A stretch of DNA of 64,000 bases from Eledone cirrhosa (Eukaryota), in the NCBI GenBank assembly GCA_964016885.1, contig OZ024750.1, positions 17,112,001 through 17,176,000 of the forward strand, read 5' to 3'. The position numbers were made by a program, and so were the translations under genes. The notes under the pieces are model-generated. The model saw only the letters and a program-made list of their open reading frames with translations. It did no database searches and was not told the DNA's origin. Of the stretch, positions 12,436 through 26,566 are shown in pieces (the first letter of the stretch is position 1; each line of letters starts with the position of its first letter).

Positions 12436-13356
12436 CTGTTGGTAGGGAGAGGGTAAGAAGGTGTTGACCTGACTCGAAAACTTGGTACAGAGTGGACTCT
12501 GCTAAAGGCTCTTTCCTTTAACCCAATTTCACTCACAAAGTTCCCACCAACTCGGGTTAATGGTAAATGATAGCTGCTCAAATTGTCACAAAGTGGGATG
12601 GAACCCGGAATCTTATGAATAAGAATCAAATTTCTTAACTATTCAGTCGTGCCTGCGTTCACTGATAATAAGAACATAGGAATGACCGGCGAGTAATTAA
12701 ATATTATGAGATATGAAAACATGGATTAGGTTAAGGTTAGAATTGAGGATAAGAAGGTGGGCCATAAATCTTATACACATTTGGGCATGTAGAAAACTAA
12801 ATAAATAAATATATAAATATAAAGACATCGAATAATCTCGAATAATTCTTATGTATGGAGCTAAATAATCTGGTACAATAGTTGTAAAAACATTAACTAT
12901 AGTAACATACATATAATCAAGAGGAACCAATGGAAAGATGGTTTAGTAAGAAGGAATTTATGGGTAGCAAAGTTTCATAATTAAATTAATATAATGGCTA
13001 GAGAGATGAGAATGGAATCTGGGTTTAAACAATGAATTAATGGTGTCAAACATGGATATCTAGTATAATTTAGTTCTGGGATTATGTGTTACTATTGTAC
13101 AATTTCACTGAAATATTAATATAAAGCAGGGAGCTTATAATGATTAAGAAATTAATGGCTGTTTGTGATAATGCAACGTTGGTTTATGTAACAATGAATT
13201 TTATGTTCAATGAGTTTGCAAACTAGGCGAATGAATAGATGAATAATATATAATAGCATGAAAGGATTATCAAAAATATAATAATATACATTCGGAAAAA
13301 TACTGGGGTGCATTGAATAAAGTATTACATATTTGGAAATATATGTTTAAAGAAAA

Positions 13357-13442
13357 TATATCTGTCTAGCGATTCTTTTCAGAGATATGACCGTAGTATC
13401 GTAGCTGTGGTCTACCAATTTGAAATAGCGGCTCTACCTGTA
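13357..13442 (-). pseudogene. RTE-clade LINE ORF2 fragment, inverted
   Basis: Minus translation QVEPLFQIGRPQLRYYGHI..(frameshift)..RIARQI; DNA matches 52225-52277. Confidence 0.7.
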
Positions 13443-13545
13443 TTGATCGTATTCTGATCATTACTCAAGATTCATGACTATCGGGTAGACACAAATACTG
13501 AATTGAAGATAGCGAGTTTGCATTGTACATACGCCTCCCTTCTTC

Positions 13546-13868
13546 AAAACAAATGTTATGGACAAAGCCAACTGGCAAGAGAGGTTGACCATGAACAAGG
13601 TGGTTCAATAATATCTACGAGCTTGCCTAGTCTTGCATAGGGATCCAGCCATATCAGCTGGAGACAGTTCTGTCTGACAGGACCCGATGGAAGGCGCGCT
13701 TGAAGACTCTGTTCCTACGACGGTTCCATGAAAAAGTGGGCGAAGACAAAGAAGAAGAAGAAGAAGAAGAAGAAGAAGAAGAAGAAGAAGAAGAAGAAGA
13801 AGAAGAAGAAGAAGAAGAAGAAGAAGAAGAAGAAGAAGAAGACGACGACGACGAAGAAGAAGACGACG
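13546..13868 (+). pseudogene. RTE-clade LINE 3' end with (GAA)n tail
   Basis: KQMLWTKPTGKRG*P*TRWFNNIYELA*SCIGIQP...SDRTRWKARLKTL: decayed G-x-R-x-R-G-R-P-x-x-x-W and DR-x-x-W motifs; the end gaaaaagtgggcgaaga recurs near 40940. Confidence 0.75.
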
Positions 13869-14573
13869 AAATTTTAAAGCTATAAAGATCCTACATCTAC
13901 AAGATGTGACTAATTCTGAGGGTCGATTAAGTAATGTAATATCTATTTCCACTGACAACTGTAAGGAGAGGTTCAGTGGTAAATGGGTTATAATATTTTA
14001 TATCAAATTGGTGGGAATAAGAATATTTTAACCTGAATAGTATTAAACCAAGGGTGTGCAACATATTCCACTGGCGAGCTAATTTGAACATTGGAACAAC
14101 TATTAGGGCAAGTCACTATCAAAAATATGTAATCTAATGAAAACCAGTGAATTGAGTCATAAATACATTGTGAATACATTTGTAAACAATAAAGACAAAT
14201 AACATGGAACTGGGAAATTATAACACACATAACCCTATCAGTGGAGCCCTTTAGTATAGGTCAACTAACAGAAAATTGTATTACGGTTACGAAAGAAATT
14301 CTAAATAAGCCTACAAGGTAAAAAATAAAAACGGTCATCACGGGCCATGCTGACAGGTCTGGCGGGCCGGATTGTGGCCCGCTCCTGTATGAAACTATTG
14401 TATATCTGAATTTGAATTATTCTAAAGAAGCTTGGGTTTAAGAATGATGTAGACATTTTTTTACTCGTGACACCGAAATCAGTCAAGTGGAAATGAGTCA
14501 AGGATGATATTCCAATTACATTTAAACCCTAGATTTGTACGTAAACTAATACAATATCATCATCATCATTCTT

Positions 14574-14627
<54 letters not shown>

Positions 14628-14716
14628 ATATAGGTTTGACACTACTACTACTGCTGCCATACTACTAATACTACTATTACTGATGATGGTTATAGAAATA
14701 ATTATAATAAAAAACG

Positions 14717-14770
<54 letters not shown>

Positions 14771-15039
14771 CAGGGAATAGAATATGTAGCTTCTTTCAGA
14801 CTAGATTAGCGGAAACAAACTCTATAATAGTTCCATCTGTTGTTTGTATGATATGCAATGTAGAGTTTATAGAGACGCTTACAGACACATACATATACAC
14901 GCGCACACACACATATATATATATATATATAAGTATATATGTGTGTCCATGTATGTATATATATATATATATGCACACACATATATACTCGTTATATTAC
15001 ATGCATTTATATATATATCGATCAAGGAAACAAAATAAA

Positions 15040-15190
15040 AACGAATAAATAAGAGGATATAATAACATGAAGTGTATTAGTGTCACGGTTGGAGTAAGAA
15101 GAGTGAGTTACATAGTCAACGTATTGGGCATTAGCCCTTCATCAGGGAAAACAAAAGGAAAATTGAAAATAAAATAAAAAATACAATATA
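15040..15190 (-). mobile_element. Family D-related cassette with decayed hammerhead core
   Basis: Minus strand CTGATGA-a-gggc-taat-gccc-AATAC (15121-15145), followed by cgtgacactaataca. Confidence 0.6.
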
Positions 15191-15240
15191 TGTATATATA
15201 TATCCTTGTCATTTATGTCCGTTTTCCATACACACATTTG

Positions 15241-15372
<132 letters not shown>

Positions 15373-15680
15373 GCATACATATATGTATATATGTGTGTGT
15401 GTGTGCGTGTGTGTGTGTATATATATATATATACATTTAAATAAGATCAAAGATTTAAAGCATTGAGTTAAAGATCAAGCTGTAAATCAGTTTACCATTA
15501 ATATTATAACCACAATATTAATACTAATATTATATATATTAGTATTAATATTATGGTTATAATACACACACACATATACATATATGTATATATATATATA
15601 TATATAGCTATTTCAAGCTAATATATCCCTTCCACATACTGTACCGTATATTTTGTTATTTCTGTTTACCTTTTGCATAC

Positions 15681-15761
<81 letters not shown>

Positions 15762-15868
15762 CATAACGTCGTAACCTCCTCCATTCTCACCAAGCGTGAA
15801 ACTAATAACACTATGTACCATTGACTCCTGCGTTTGTTTGTTTGTCATTGAACTATATATATGCATAC

Positions 15869-15903
<35 letters not shown>

Positions 15904-15970
15904 CATACATACATTTATATATATATATATGATATATGTACATATATACATACATACATTTATATATATG

Positions 15971-16081
<111 letters not shown>

Positions 16082-16515
16082 GCGTGTGCGTGTGTGTGTG
16101 TGCGTGCGCGTTACCAACGGTTACACAGAATGTCGGTGTGACCACCAGCGTGGTATTACATAGGAAACCAGAAGGAAGGAAACAGAGAAACAATGGCAGT
16201 GGTTCATTAAATTACAACAAAAACAAAAACAAAAACAAAAACAAAAACAACAACAACAACAGCAGCAGCAATAACAACAACAGCCATAACCAGGTGAAAT
16301 GTTGCAATTGTCTTCCAAACATGTCTGCTGTGTTCTTGTGTTCTTTCTGCCAATGTCTTGACAATGTTGAGTATGGAATCACTTTGTTAAGTTACCATCG
16401 CATCACTGAGCAGTGCATTCAAATGACCATAGTCTAGCCAATATACTGCCGAACGCCTCTTACATCTTTCTACATCTTTCTACATCTTTCACATTCACCG
16501 TTACTCCTCGCTTTT

Positions 16516-16516
<1 letters not shown>

Positions 16517-16592
<76 letters not shown>

Positions 16593-16605
16593 ATATATAT
16601 ATATA

Positions 16606-16668
<63 letters not shown>

Positions 16669-16687
16669 TGATATATATATATATATA

Positions 16688-16728
<41 letters not shown>

Positions 16729-16783
16729 TGATATATATATATATATATATATATACTGATATATATATATATATATATATATA

Positions 16784-16824
<41 letters not shown>

Positions 16825-16853
16825 TGATATATATATATATATATATATATATA

Positions 16854-16940
<87 letters not shown>

Positions 16941-16973
16941 TGATATATATATATATATATATACTGATATATA

Positions 16974-17012
<39 letters not shown>

Positions 17013-17075
17013 TGATATATATATATATATACTGATATATATATATATATATAAACTGATATATATATATATATA

Positions 17076-17156
<81 letters not shown>

Positions 17157-17185
17157 TGATATATATATATATATATATATATATA

Positions 17186-17227
<42 letters not shown>

Positions 17228-17269
17228 TATATATATATACTGATATAAATATATATATATATATATATA

Positions 17270-17334
<65 letters not shown>

Positions 17335-17371
17335 TGATATATATATATATATACTGATATATATATATATA

Positions 17372-17414
<43 letters not shown>

Positions 17415-17615
17415 TGATATATATATATATATATATATATATACTGATATATATATATATATATATATATATACTGATATATATATATATATATATACTG
17501 ATATATATATATATATAAACTGATATATATATATATATAAACTGATATATATATATATATACTGATATATATATATATATATATATATACTGATATATAT
17601 ATATATATATATATA

Positions 17616-17647
<32 letters not shown>

Positions 17648-17666
17648 CTGATATATATATATATAT

Positions 17667-17670
<4 letters not shown>
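16517..17670. repeat. ~1.15 kb (TA)n array punctuated by CTG every 10-70 bp
   Basis: Directly visible; higher-order unit ctg(at)n. Confidence 0.95.
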
Positions 17671-17702
<32 letters not shown>

Positions 17703-17811
17703 AGTATATTTACCAACATATGCGTACAGATTACACTAATGCTAGCAAATACATAAGTTATGTCATAGTACCTAGGTGGTTCTATGCAGGGGGATGCAGA
17801 ACAATTATATG

Positions 17812-17899
17812 AAAGACGTAAAATAAGAAAATTTTAAAAGTTAAAAATTAACTTACTTACTAAGTTAATTTTTAATTTTTAAAATTTTCTTACTTTACG

Positions 17900-17904
<5 letters not shown>
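17812..17904. repeat. AT-rich palindrome, ~44-bp arms
   Basis: aaagacgtaaaataagaaaattttaaaagttaaaaattaactta versus taagttaatttttaatttttaaaattttcttactttacgtcttt. Confidence 0.85.
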
Positions 17905-17935
<31 letters not shown>

Positions 17936-17940
17936 CGTAA

Positions 17941-18465
17941 TTAGCTAACCAGTGTAGAAAGGCCCTGAGAAAGACCCACTTAAAAATAAAGGTGGTAGAA
18001 AAGCCAGGAACCACCATAAAATCCCTGATCAGCAAAACCTACCCTTTTAAGAAAACCCACTGTACCAATAGGAAATGTATCATATGTAAGGTGAACCCCC
18101 GGATAAACTGTAAAACTAGAAACGTAGTCTATAGCATAAGATGTACAGAGGGTACTTGCAGAAACACGACAACAACATACATAGGTGAGACAGCTCGTAG
18201 CATAGGTGAAAGGATAGACCAGCACTGGGGGGAACTAAAAGGACGAAAAAACGGGTCAGTACTATACGAACATGCTAGACAACAACATGACGGTAACATA
18301 GACAACATAGAAATTAGAATAATATCTAAACATAGGAATGACCCAGCAGATAGGCAAATCAGAGAGGCCAGTGAAATAGAAATTAGAAGACCAAAGCTAA
18401 ACAGAAAGAATGAGTGGAACAACAACAACACCCAAACAAACAACACTGACCTAAGAGAAGTATAA
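17941..18465 (+). pseudogene. 5'-truncated Penelope-like retroelement: linker and GIY-YIG endonuclease (Naiad-like motifs)
   Basis: Open frame of 174 aa: LKIKVVEKPG..K....K.YPF, Cys knuckle C-x4-C-x2-C, NVVYSIRC, YIGET, R-x2-QH, H-x4-H, R-x2-REA, LNRKNEW; no RT upstream; flanked by (TA)n. Confidence 0.88.
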
Positions 18466-18744
18466 ATAAATAAGTAAATTAAATTAAATAAATAAAATAA
18501 GATAAATAAATACATACACAAGCACATAAACACACACTAGTCACCCAGCAGACACAACACTATACACACTAGTCACACATCACACATAACACTATACACA
18601 CACGCAAACGCATGCGCAAAGAAGACAAAATAAAATAAGATAAACAAACAAGCAAATAAATAAATAAATATATAGACAGACTGAACAAAAAAAAAAATGG
18701 CGTAGACATACAACACAACAGGAGGAACAATGAATATAACACCA

Positions 18745-18773
18745 CTGACGATGTTGCAGATGTGCAACGAAAG
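18745..18773 (+). ncRNA. Hammerhead core in the PLE 3' region
   Basis: CTGACGA-t-GTTGCA-gatg-TGCAAC-GAAA; stems I and III weak. Confidence 0.55.
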
Positions 18774-18902
18774 ATTTATGTAAATTATGTAAACTATATA
18801 TATATGTGTTTGTCTATATTGTATCTGTATTATTTTTGACCGCCGGTCAGTCAATGGCAACATTGAGGACCGAGTAAGTTAGATCGCAGATATATATATA
18901 TA

Positions 18903-18994
18903 AAAGACAGCGAGAAGCGAAAACCAACCAAACAGTGAGTGTGTTCTGTTATTAATTCTGGCAATATTACGCAAATATGGCCCTCCCCAAATAT

Positions 18995-19000
<6 letters not shown>
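18903..19000 (+). mobile_element. Family C cassette fragment
   Basis: aacagtgagtgtgttctgttattaattctggcaatattacgcaaatatggccctccccaaatataacaat shared with 40373-40418 and 55540-55610. Confidence 0.75.
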
Positions 19001-19066
<66 letters not shown>

Positions 19067-19095
19067 GTATATATGTGTGTGTATGTATATATATC

Positions 19096-19390
19096 CCACC
19101 TCCCTCTTCCCACACCACCCACCACCACCACTACACGCCCCACACTTTCCCATTCCCACCACTTGTTTATCTTCATGTTTAAATTTTCTCCCTCTCCCCC
19201 TTTTTTTTCTAAATGTCTCTCCACCACTCCCCTACACACCCTTTGAACTCTCTTCCCACACACTTTTCGCCTGAAGAAGGGCTTATGCCCGAAACGTCGC
19301 CCCCCCCCCCCTCTACACTCTCAAGAGCGTGAAACTAATAAACCTTTGTTCGTACTGCCTCTCTGTGTTGTTCCCGTTCCATTTTTCACT
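19096..19390 (+). mobile_element. Family D cassette with hammerhead core
   Basis: CTGAAGA (19271-19277)-a-GGGC-ttat-GCCC-GAAAC-GTC; tail gagcgtgaaactaataaacc...ccatttttcac shared with 26342-26428 and 42730-42890. Confidence 0.8.
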
Positions 19391-19407
19391 ATATATATAT
19401 ATAAATA

Positions 19408-19464
<57 letters not shown>

Positions 19465-19566
19465 TTATATTTATATATATATATATACACATATATATAT
19501 ATATATAAATATATATATATAAATTTATATTTATACATATATATATACACATATATATCTATATAT

Positions 19567-19641
<75 letters not shown>

Positions 19642-19725
19642 TATATGTATATATATATATATATAAGAACAACTTGTATCTCAACGACATTGAAGGTTTC
19701 TACCGCTTCATCTTCAATAGAATAC

Positions 19726-19841
<116 letters not shown>

Positions 19842-20022
19842 ATAGGAAAAGATTCAGGACCCCAACGGCTGAGCTCCGGCAGATTCGACAACTAGATCCG
19901 AAGAACAGTTCGGATGTAGCTGTTGAAACGGCTGGAGCTCAGCCGTCGGGGTCCTGAATCTTTTCCTATTACCACACTACTATCCCAAGTATTATGGTCC
20001 TTCTGGTATTTTACATACTCTA

Positions 20023-20027
<5 letters not shown>
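19842..20027 (+). mobile_element. Family A cassette, palindrome 19842-19969 plus tail
   Basis: ataggaaaagattcaggacccc... / ...ggggtcctgaatcttttcctat. Confidence 0.8.
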
Positions 20028-20060
<33 letters not shown>

Positions 20061-20063
<3 letters not shown>

Positions 20064-20432
20064 TAAAGTGGTCCTTCATCAGTGATCTTCCAACCATCAT
20101 CGGTATTTCTTCGCTTTAAAGACCATATACCTCCGGTTGGTGCGAGCAACGGCTAAAGAAAGTCGTTGGGACATGTAAATAAAGGGAACAGCGAGCGTGT
20201 AAACAAACGAAGATGGTGAAGCAACGAAAAGTGAGGAAGAGCGAATCAAGTCCAAAAATTTCCATGAATATAAGTTCGGTGAAATCGTGAACGAGAGAGA
20301 ATAAAGACCATCAAACCTGGTTGAAATGTGAGCAAGGAAGGAATTTCGCACAGGTCTAACGGGAGGAAGAAGGGGTCTAGTCTGTGAATTCGGTAAACAT
20401 AAGTTCTGTGAAATCGTAGACGAGAGAGAGAA
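20061..20432 (-). mobile_element. Family E cassette, second copy
   Basis: Homologous to 8640-8800; flanked by (TA)n. Confidence 0.55.
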
Positions 20433-20523
20433 ATATATATATATATACATATATATATACACACACACACATACATCTCTGTCTCTCTCTTTATATATAT
20501 ATATATATAAATATATATATATA

Positions 20524-20870
20524 TTTCGTTTCTGAATTTGTTTAGCAAGATTCTTTATCTGAAATCGTGTGTTGAAACCGATATTGTTATACTTTGGGAG
20601 GGTCATGTTGCCAATAAGAAACACACGCACCAGTTGCTTTCACTTCAATTTATTATATATTTATAAATTTATAAATTTACAAATCTACAAACTTATAAAT
20701 TATAAATTTCTGGTTGGTTGTGGAACCAACCAACCAACCAGAAATTTATAATTTATAAGTTTGTAGATTTGTAAATTTATAAATTTATAAATATATAATA
20801 AATTGAAGTGAAAGCAACTGGTGCGTGTGTTTCTTATTGGCAACATGACCCTCCCAAAGTATAACAATAT
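20524..20870 (-). mobile_element. Family C-related cassette containing a perfect palindrome (140-bp arms, 20581-20720 and 20731-20870)
   Basis: Arms checked block by block with no mismatch; tail 20524-20580 resembles the reverse complement of 40419-40474. Confidence 0.85.
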
Positions 20871-20994
20871 ATATATATAAATATATATATATCATCTTCC
20901 ACAATTGAAGGAAAACTAAGAACATATTTTCAGGGGAAGCATTTTGTGTGGGCAAGTGAGTGTGCGTTCGTGTAGAAATGATGCACACACACAT

Positions 20995-21091
<97 letters not shown>

Positions 21092-21279
21092 TTTATATAT
21101 ATAGATATGTGTGTGTGTATATATGTATATATATTCAGAACTTACGGATTGTTCGATCCAATTTCCATTCACTACGCATTCCCTCAACCCGTGGCTATAA
21201 TAGAAGATACTTGCCTAAGGTGCCATATATCTCTCTATAAATACACACATTTGATATATATATATATTATATCGATGTA

Positions 21280-21314
<35 letters not shown>

Positions 21315-21956
21315 TATGTGTGTGACTATGTATGTATATATATATACATATATACATGTATAATGCATATATATATCTACATATTATGTACGTGTGTATA
21401 TATGTATGTATTCATAGTGTACTTGCAAACAGCTTGCGTTTAAAGAATTCCAAGACATTGATCAACCTAAGGCTATAGAGAAAAGAAGCTATATGCCTTA
21501 AAGTGCCAAGTTGCGAAGCGAACTCCTAAATTACCCAGTCATATCTACGCCTATCTTATCATTAAAAGAGAAATTATTCATTTCTTATTACTATTTTCAT
21601 ATGTTTTTAATTTAATTTAATTATATTTTCGTTATGCCTACCAGGTTATGATGTGGAATTGTGAGTCAGAGAAGTGGAAATTGCCAGAAATCATTTTTTG
21701 TACAGAATAGAAAGTTGACGTATTTTATTTTGAGCCTACATTTGTGAAACAAAGTAGTCATTGTTTCTCTGCTATTGATGGAAAAGAAATATGTTCAGGT
21801 GGGTTCCAATCACGACCATCCCCTCACATTTGTTTTAGTCATAGTTTAGCAAATTATACATTATTTAACGTGTCCCTACATTTTAATTATAAAAGTGAGT
21901 GCATGGTTTATTGTGAAATATTGGGTAATATATATGCATATATATATTTAAATAAT

Positions 21957-22007
<51 letters not shown>

Positions 22008-22133
22008 TTGTGTTTACGTAATTTATATATATATATATATATACATATACATGCACACACAAATATATATGCATATATGTAGGCGTATATATGTTAATAT
22101 AAAATTTATACAAATATACATATTATAAATATG

Positions 22134-22170
<37 letters not shown>

Positions 22171-22256
22171 TACATGAATCTAAGTTCAGTTTAAATCCAT
22201 ATATATATATCCATATATATATATATATAAAGAGAGAGAGGGGGAGAGAGAGGGGG

Positions 22257-22334
22257 AGGGGGATGCCAAAACAATGTATACACACTTCAACAACATTCTA
22301 ATAAAAGTGCGCATACTTTTTTGGAGACACCCTG
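22257..22334. mobile_element. Tc1/mariner-type MITE, degenerate
   Basis: Internal tgtatacacacttcaacaacattctaata and right TIR gacaccctg shared with 29370 and 44004. Confidence 0.6.
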
Positions 22335-23412
22335 TGTATATAATATATATATAATACATATTATATATATATCATATACATATCATATACATATGTGTGT
22401 GTGTGTGTGTGTATAATATCACGAATTGCCAGAATATTCGAGGCGTCATATATTAAAATGGTTCGGTTTTTGTATCAGGGTACCGCGGTCTTATTTTAAA
22501 TCCAGGTATGTCTAAAGTGTCTTTAAAACTTTCGTATCAATAAATATAATGCTTGTGATGTATTGGGGTTTATCGTTCCTCTGTCTCTATTGATTACTAC
22601 ATTAGTTTCTCTTCCTTTCTCTTTTTACACAATCACGCACACACACACATTTATATATGTATGTATATATATATTTTGCAGTCTCCTTCTCAACAAGGAA
22701 GATGGAAAACACTTACCTCAACACTTTAATTTTTAGTTTTTAATTCTTATTAATCCTCTTTAATTGTAATACTCAACATTTGATATGATGAATTTTACTA
22801 ATACTTTGAAACCAGTTATACTTTATGTACTTTATATACATTAAAAAACTCTTTTTTAAAAGAATTGTCCCTCTCATCTTTTCAATAATGTCACTTTGAC
22901 GAATCAAAGAAAAGAAAAAAAAAAAGAAAAACGAACCCTTAAATATATTTGCCGTGCTATTTCCAATCTCACCTTTTCTCTCTCTCTACGCACACACATA
23001 CACACACACACACACATATATATATATATTTATATGTGTGTGTAGTGTATGTGTGAATATATATATATATATTTCTATATGTATATACATATGTAATTAT
23101 GTATGTATGTATATACATATATAATAATTGTGTATGTATATAGATACATGCGTGGTTACGAGTGATCGGGTGGTATCAGAAATCAATGAAGGCGAGAATG
23201 CCGGAAAGGATGGTGGTCACGTGAAAGACACTTGTCTTTAGCCGTCTGGTCTATTGCTCAGAGTAAAGTGCTCACCCTGTAATCAAAGATGTCTTGCCAT
23301 GACGATTTCTGGAACGTGACAGATCAGCAATTGGGAGATGTTAAAAAAAGTCTTCATAGACACACACACAGATAGACACACACGCGAAAGCACACATACA
23401 CACACACACACA

Positions 23413-23507
<95 letters not shown>

Positions 23508-23514
23508 TATAAAT

Positions 23515-23551
<37 letters not shown>

Positions 23552-23630
23552 CGTATATATATATATATACATACACATATATATATAGATACATATATAT
23601 ATATACATACACATATATATATACATACAT

Positions 23631-23661
<31 letters not shown>

Positions 23662-23873
23662 CATACATACATACATACATACACATACATACATACATAC
23701 ATGCATATATATACACGCACACACATATATATATACACACACACACATATATATATATACAATACACACATATATATATATACACACACACACGTATATA
23801 TACACACACACACGTATATATACACACACACATATATATACACACACACATATATATACACACACACATATAT

Positions 23874-23965
<92 letters not shown>

Positions 23966-24077
23966 GACAGCTATGGGACTAAATTGTTTCTTTCTTATGA
24001 AATCTGTTGATATGTATATATATATATATTTATATATATGGATATATAATTGTATCTATATATATCTATATATATAT

Positions 24078-24108
<31 letters not shown>

Positions 24109-24138
24109 GGATATATAATTGTATCTATATATATCTAT

Positions 24139-24238
<100 letters not shown>

Positions 24239-24843
24239 CAAGTAAATATCTATATATATATATATTTAAGGTGGATATGTTAAGTAAGATTGAAATATAT
24301 ATATATATATATATATACTTATATATACTTATATATATATATATACTTATACTTATATATATACTTATATATATATATACTTATATATATACTTATATAT
24401 ATATATATATACTTATATATATATATATACTTATATATATATATAATTATATATATATACTTATATATATACTTATATATATATATACTTATATATATAT
24501 ACTTATATATATACTTATATATATACTTATATATATATACTTATATATATATATACTTATATATATACTTATATATATACTTATATATATACTTATATAT
24601 ATACTTATATATATACTTATACATATATATATACTTATATATATACTTATATATATACTTATACATATATATATACTTATATAAATACTTATATATATAC
24701 TTATATATATATATACTTATATATATACATATACTTATATATATATATATACTTATATATATATATACTTATATATATATATATACTTATATATATATAT
24801 ATATATATATACTTATATATATATATATACTTATATATATATA

Positions 24844-24898
<55 letters not shown>

Positions 24899-24955
24899 TT
24901 ATATATATATATATATATATATATACTTATATATATACTTATATATATATATATA

Positions 24956-24990
<35 letters not shown>

Positions 24991-25024
24991 TTATATATCT
25001 ATAACTATATATACTTTATACATA

Positions 25025-25074
<50 letters not shown>

Positions 25075-25467
25075 TACACACACATACACACACAGATAAA
25101 TTATATATATAATGTATGTATAATCCAACTTAACGGGGAAAATGGACATTAGCACTTTTTGCGGTACTCGAACACACATACAGAAATGCAATTGTAACTC
25201 TAAAGAAATTTGATGAAGCTTTAAATTTCTCATAAAATCTAAAATTTCGCTATCGTTTCTAAACACACCATTATCTGTACGAGCGCGCGCGCGTGTGTGT
25301 GTATATATATACATACATATATATATATATAGAGATATATATATAATATATATATATATTATTATAAATATAAGCTATCGCCGTATTTTTACTAAAGAAA
25401 TTAAAGAAATTATTTAGCCTGGTAGTGGGGTTAAGAACCCTCGGAGAAATGGAAAAAGATGAGTATT

Positions 25468-25538
25468 GACGTACATGGGAGTCGAACCCACATCTTTGGT
25501 TATCCAGACCACTGTGCTACCATTTACACCAACACATC
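25468..25538 (-). pseudogene. tRNA-like cloverleaf (anticodon GGA), probably a SINE head or tRNA pseudogene
   Basis: GATGTGT-TG-GTGT-AAATGGTA-GCAC-A-GTGGT-CTGGATA-ACCAA-AGAT-GTGGG-TTCGACT-CCCAT-GTACGTC; three G-U pairs in the acceptor stem; short variable loop. Confidence 0.65.
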
Positions 25539-25560
25539 ACATTTCGAAAAATATTCTTAC

Positions 25561-25591
<31 letters not shown>

Positions 25592-25650
25592 TATATATAT
25601 ATAATATATATATAATATATATATAATATATATATATATAATATATATAT

Positions 25651-25683
<33 letters not shown>

Positions 25684-25687
25684 ATAT

Positions 25688-25732
<45 letters not shown>

Positions 25733-25774
25733 TATATATAATATATATATAATATAAATATAATATATATATAT

Positions 25775-25829
<55 letters not shown>

Positions 25830-25935
25830 TATATATATAATATATATATCATATATACATATATATATAATATATATATCATATATACATATAGAGATAA
25901 TATATATATATAATATATATATATAATATATATAT

Positions 25936-25967
<32 letters not shown>

Positions 25968-26280
25968 GATATTTATAGAAATATTTATATATATAAATAT
26001 ATATATATATGTATATAAATATAAATAAATATATATTTATATATATATGTATATATATATATATATATAATATATTGATATGTATATATATATATATGTA
26101 TATAGTATATATATATATATACATATATGTATATAGTAGATATATATACAATACATATATATATAATACAGGCATATATATATATATGTATATATATATA
26201 TATGTATATAGTATATATATATACAATACATATATATATAATACAGGCATATATATATGTATATATATATATGTATATAG

Positions 26281-26333
<53 letters not shown>

Positions 26334-26341
26334 ACATATAT

Positions 26342-26566
<225 letters not shown>

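Noticed and set aside
12351-12629. 92-aa standalone ORF
   Set aside because: Its 5' part overlaps a decayed SINE (about 12520-12660); only the 81-nt exon candidate is kept, at low confidence
13700-13885. Acidic poly-Glu protein ORF
   Set aside because: It is the RTE C-terminus running into its (GAA)n tail
17992-18465. Host GIY-YIG gene or homing endonuclease starting at the GTG
   Set aside because: The frame extends upstream to a truncation at 17941; the Cys-knuckle linker, hammerhead core and TA flanks indicate a PLE fragment
18729-18762. SECIS element in the PLE 3' UTR (ATGAA...GAT)
   Set aside because: Helix too short, no apical AA motif, and no in-frame TGA in the retained coding fragment
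21644-21666. 16-nt micro-exon (cAG GTTATGATGTGGAATT GTGAGT)
   Set aside because: Too short to distinguish from chance without transcript data
25468-25538. Functional tRNA-Ser(GGA) gene
   Set aside because: Weak acceptor stem, mismatch in the anticodon stem, no long variable arm, anticodon atypical for eukaryotes
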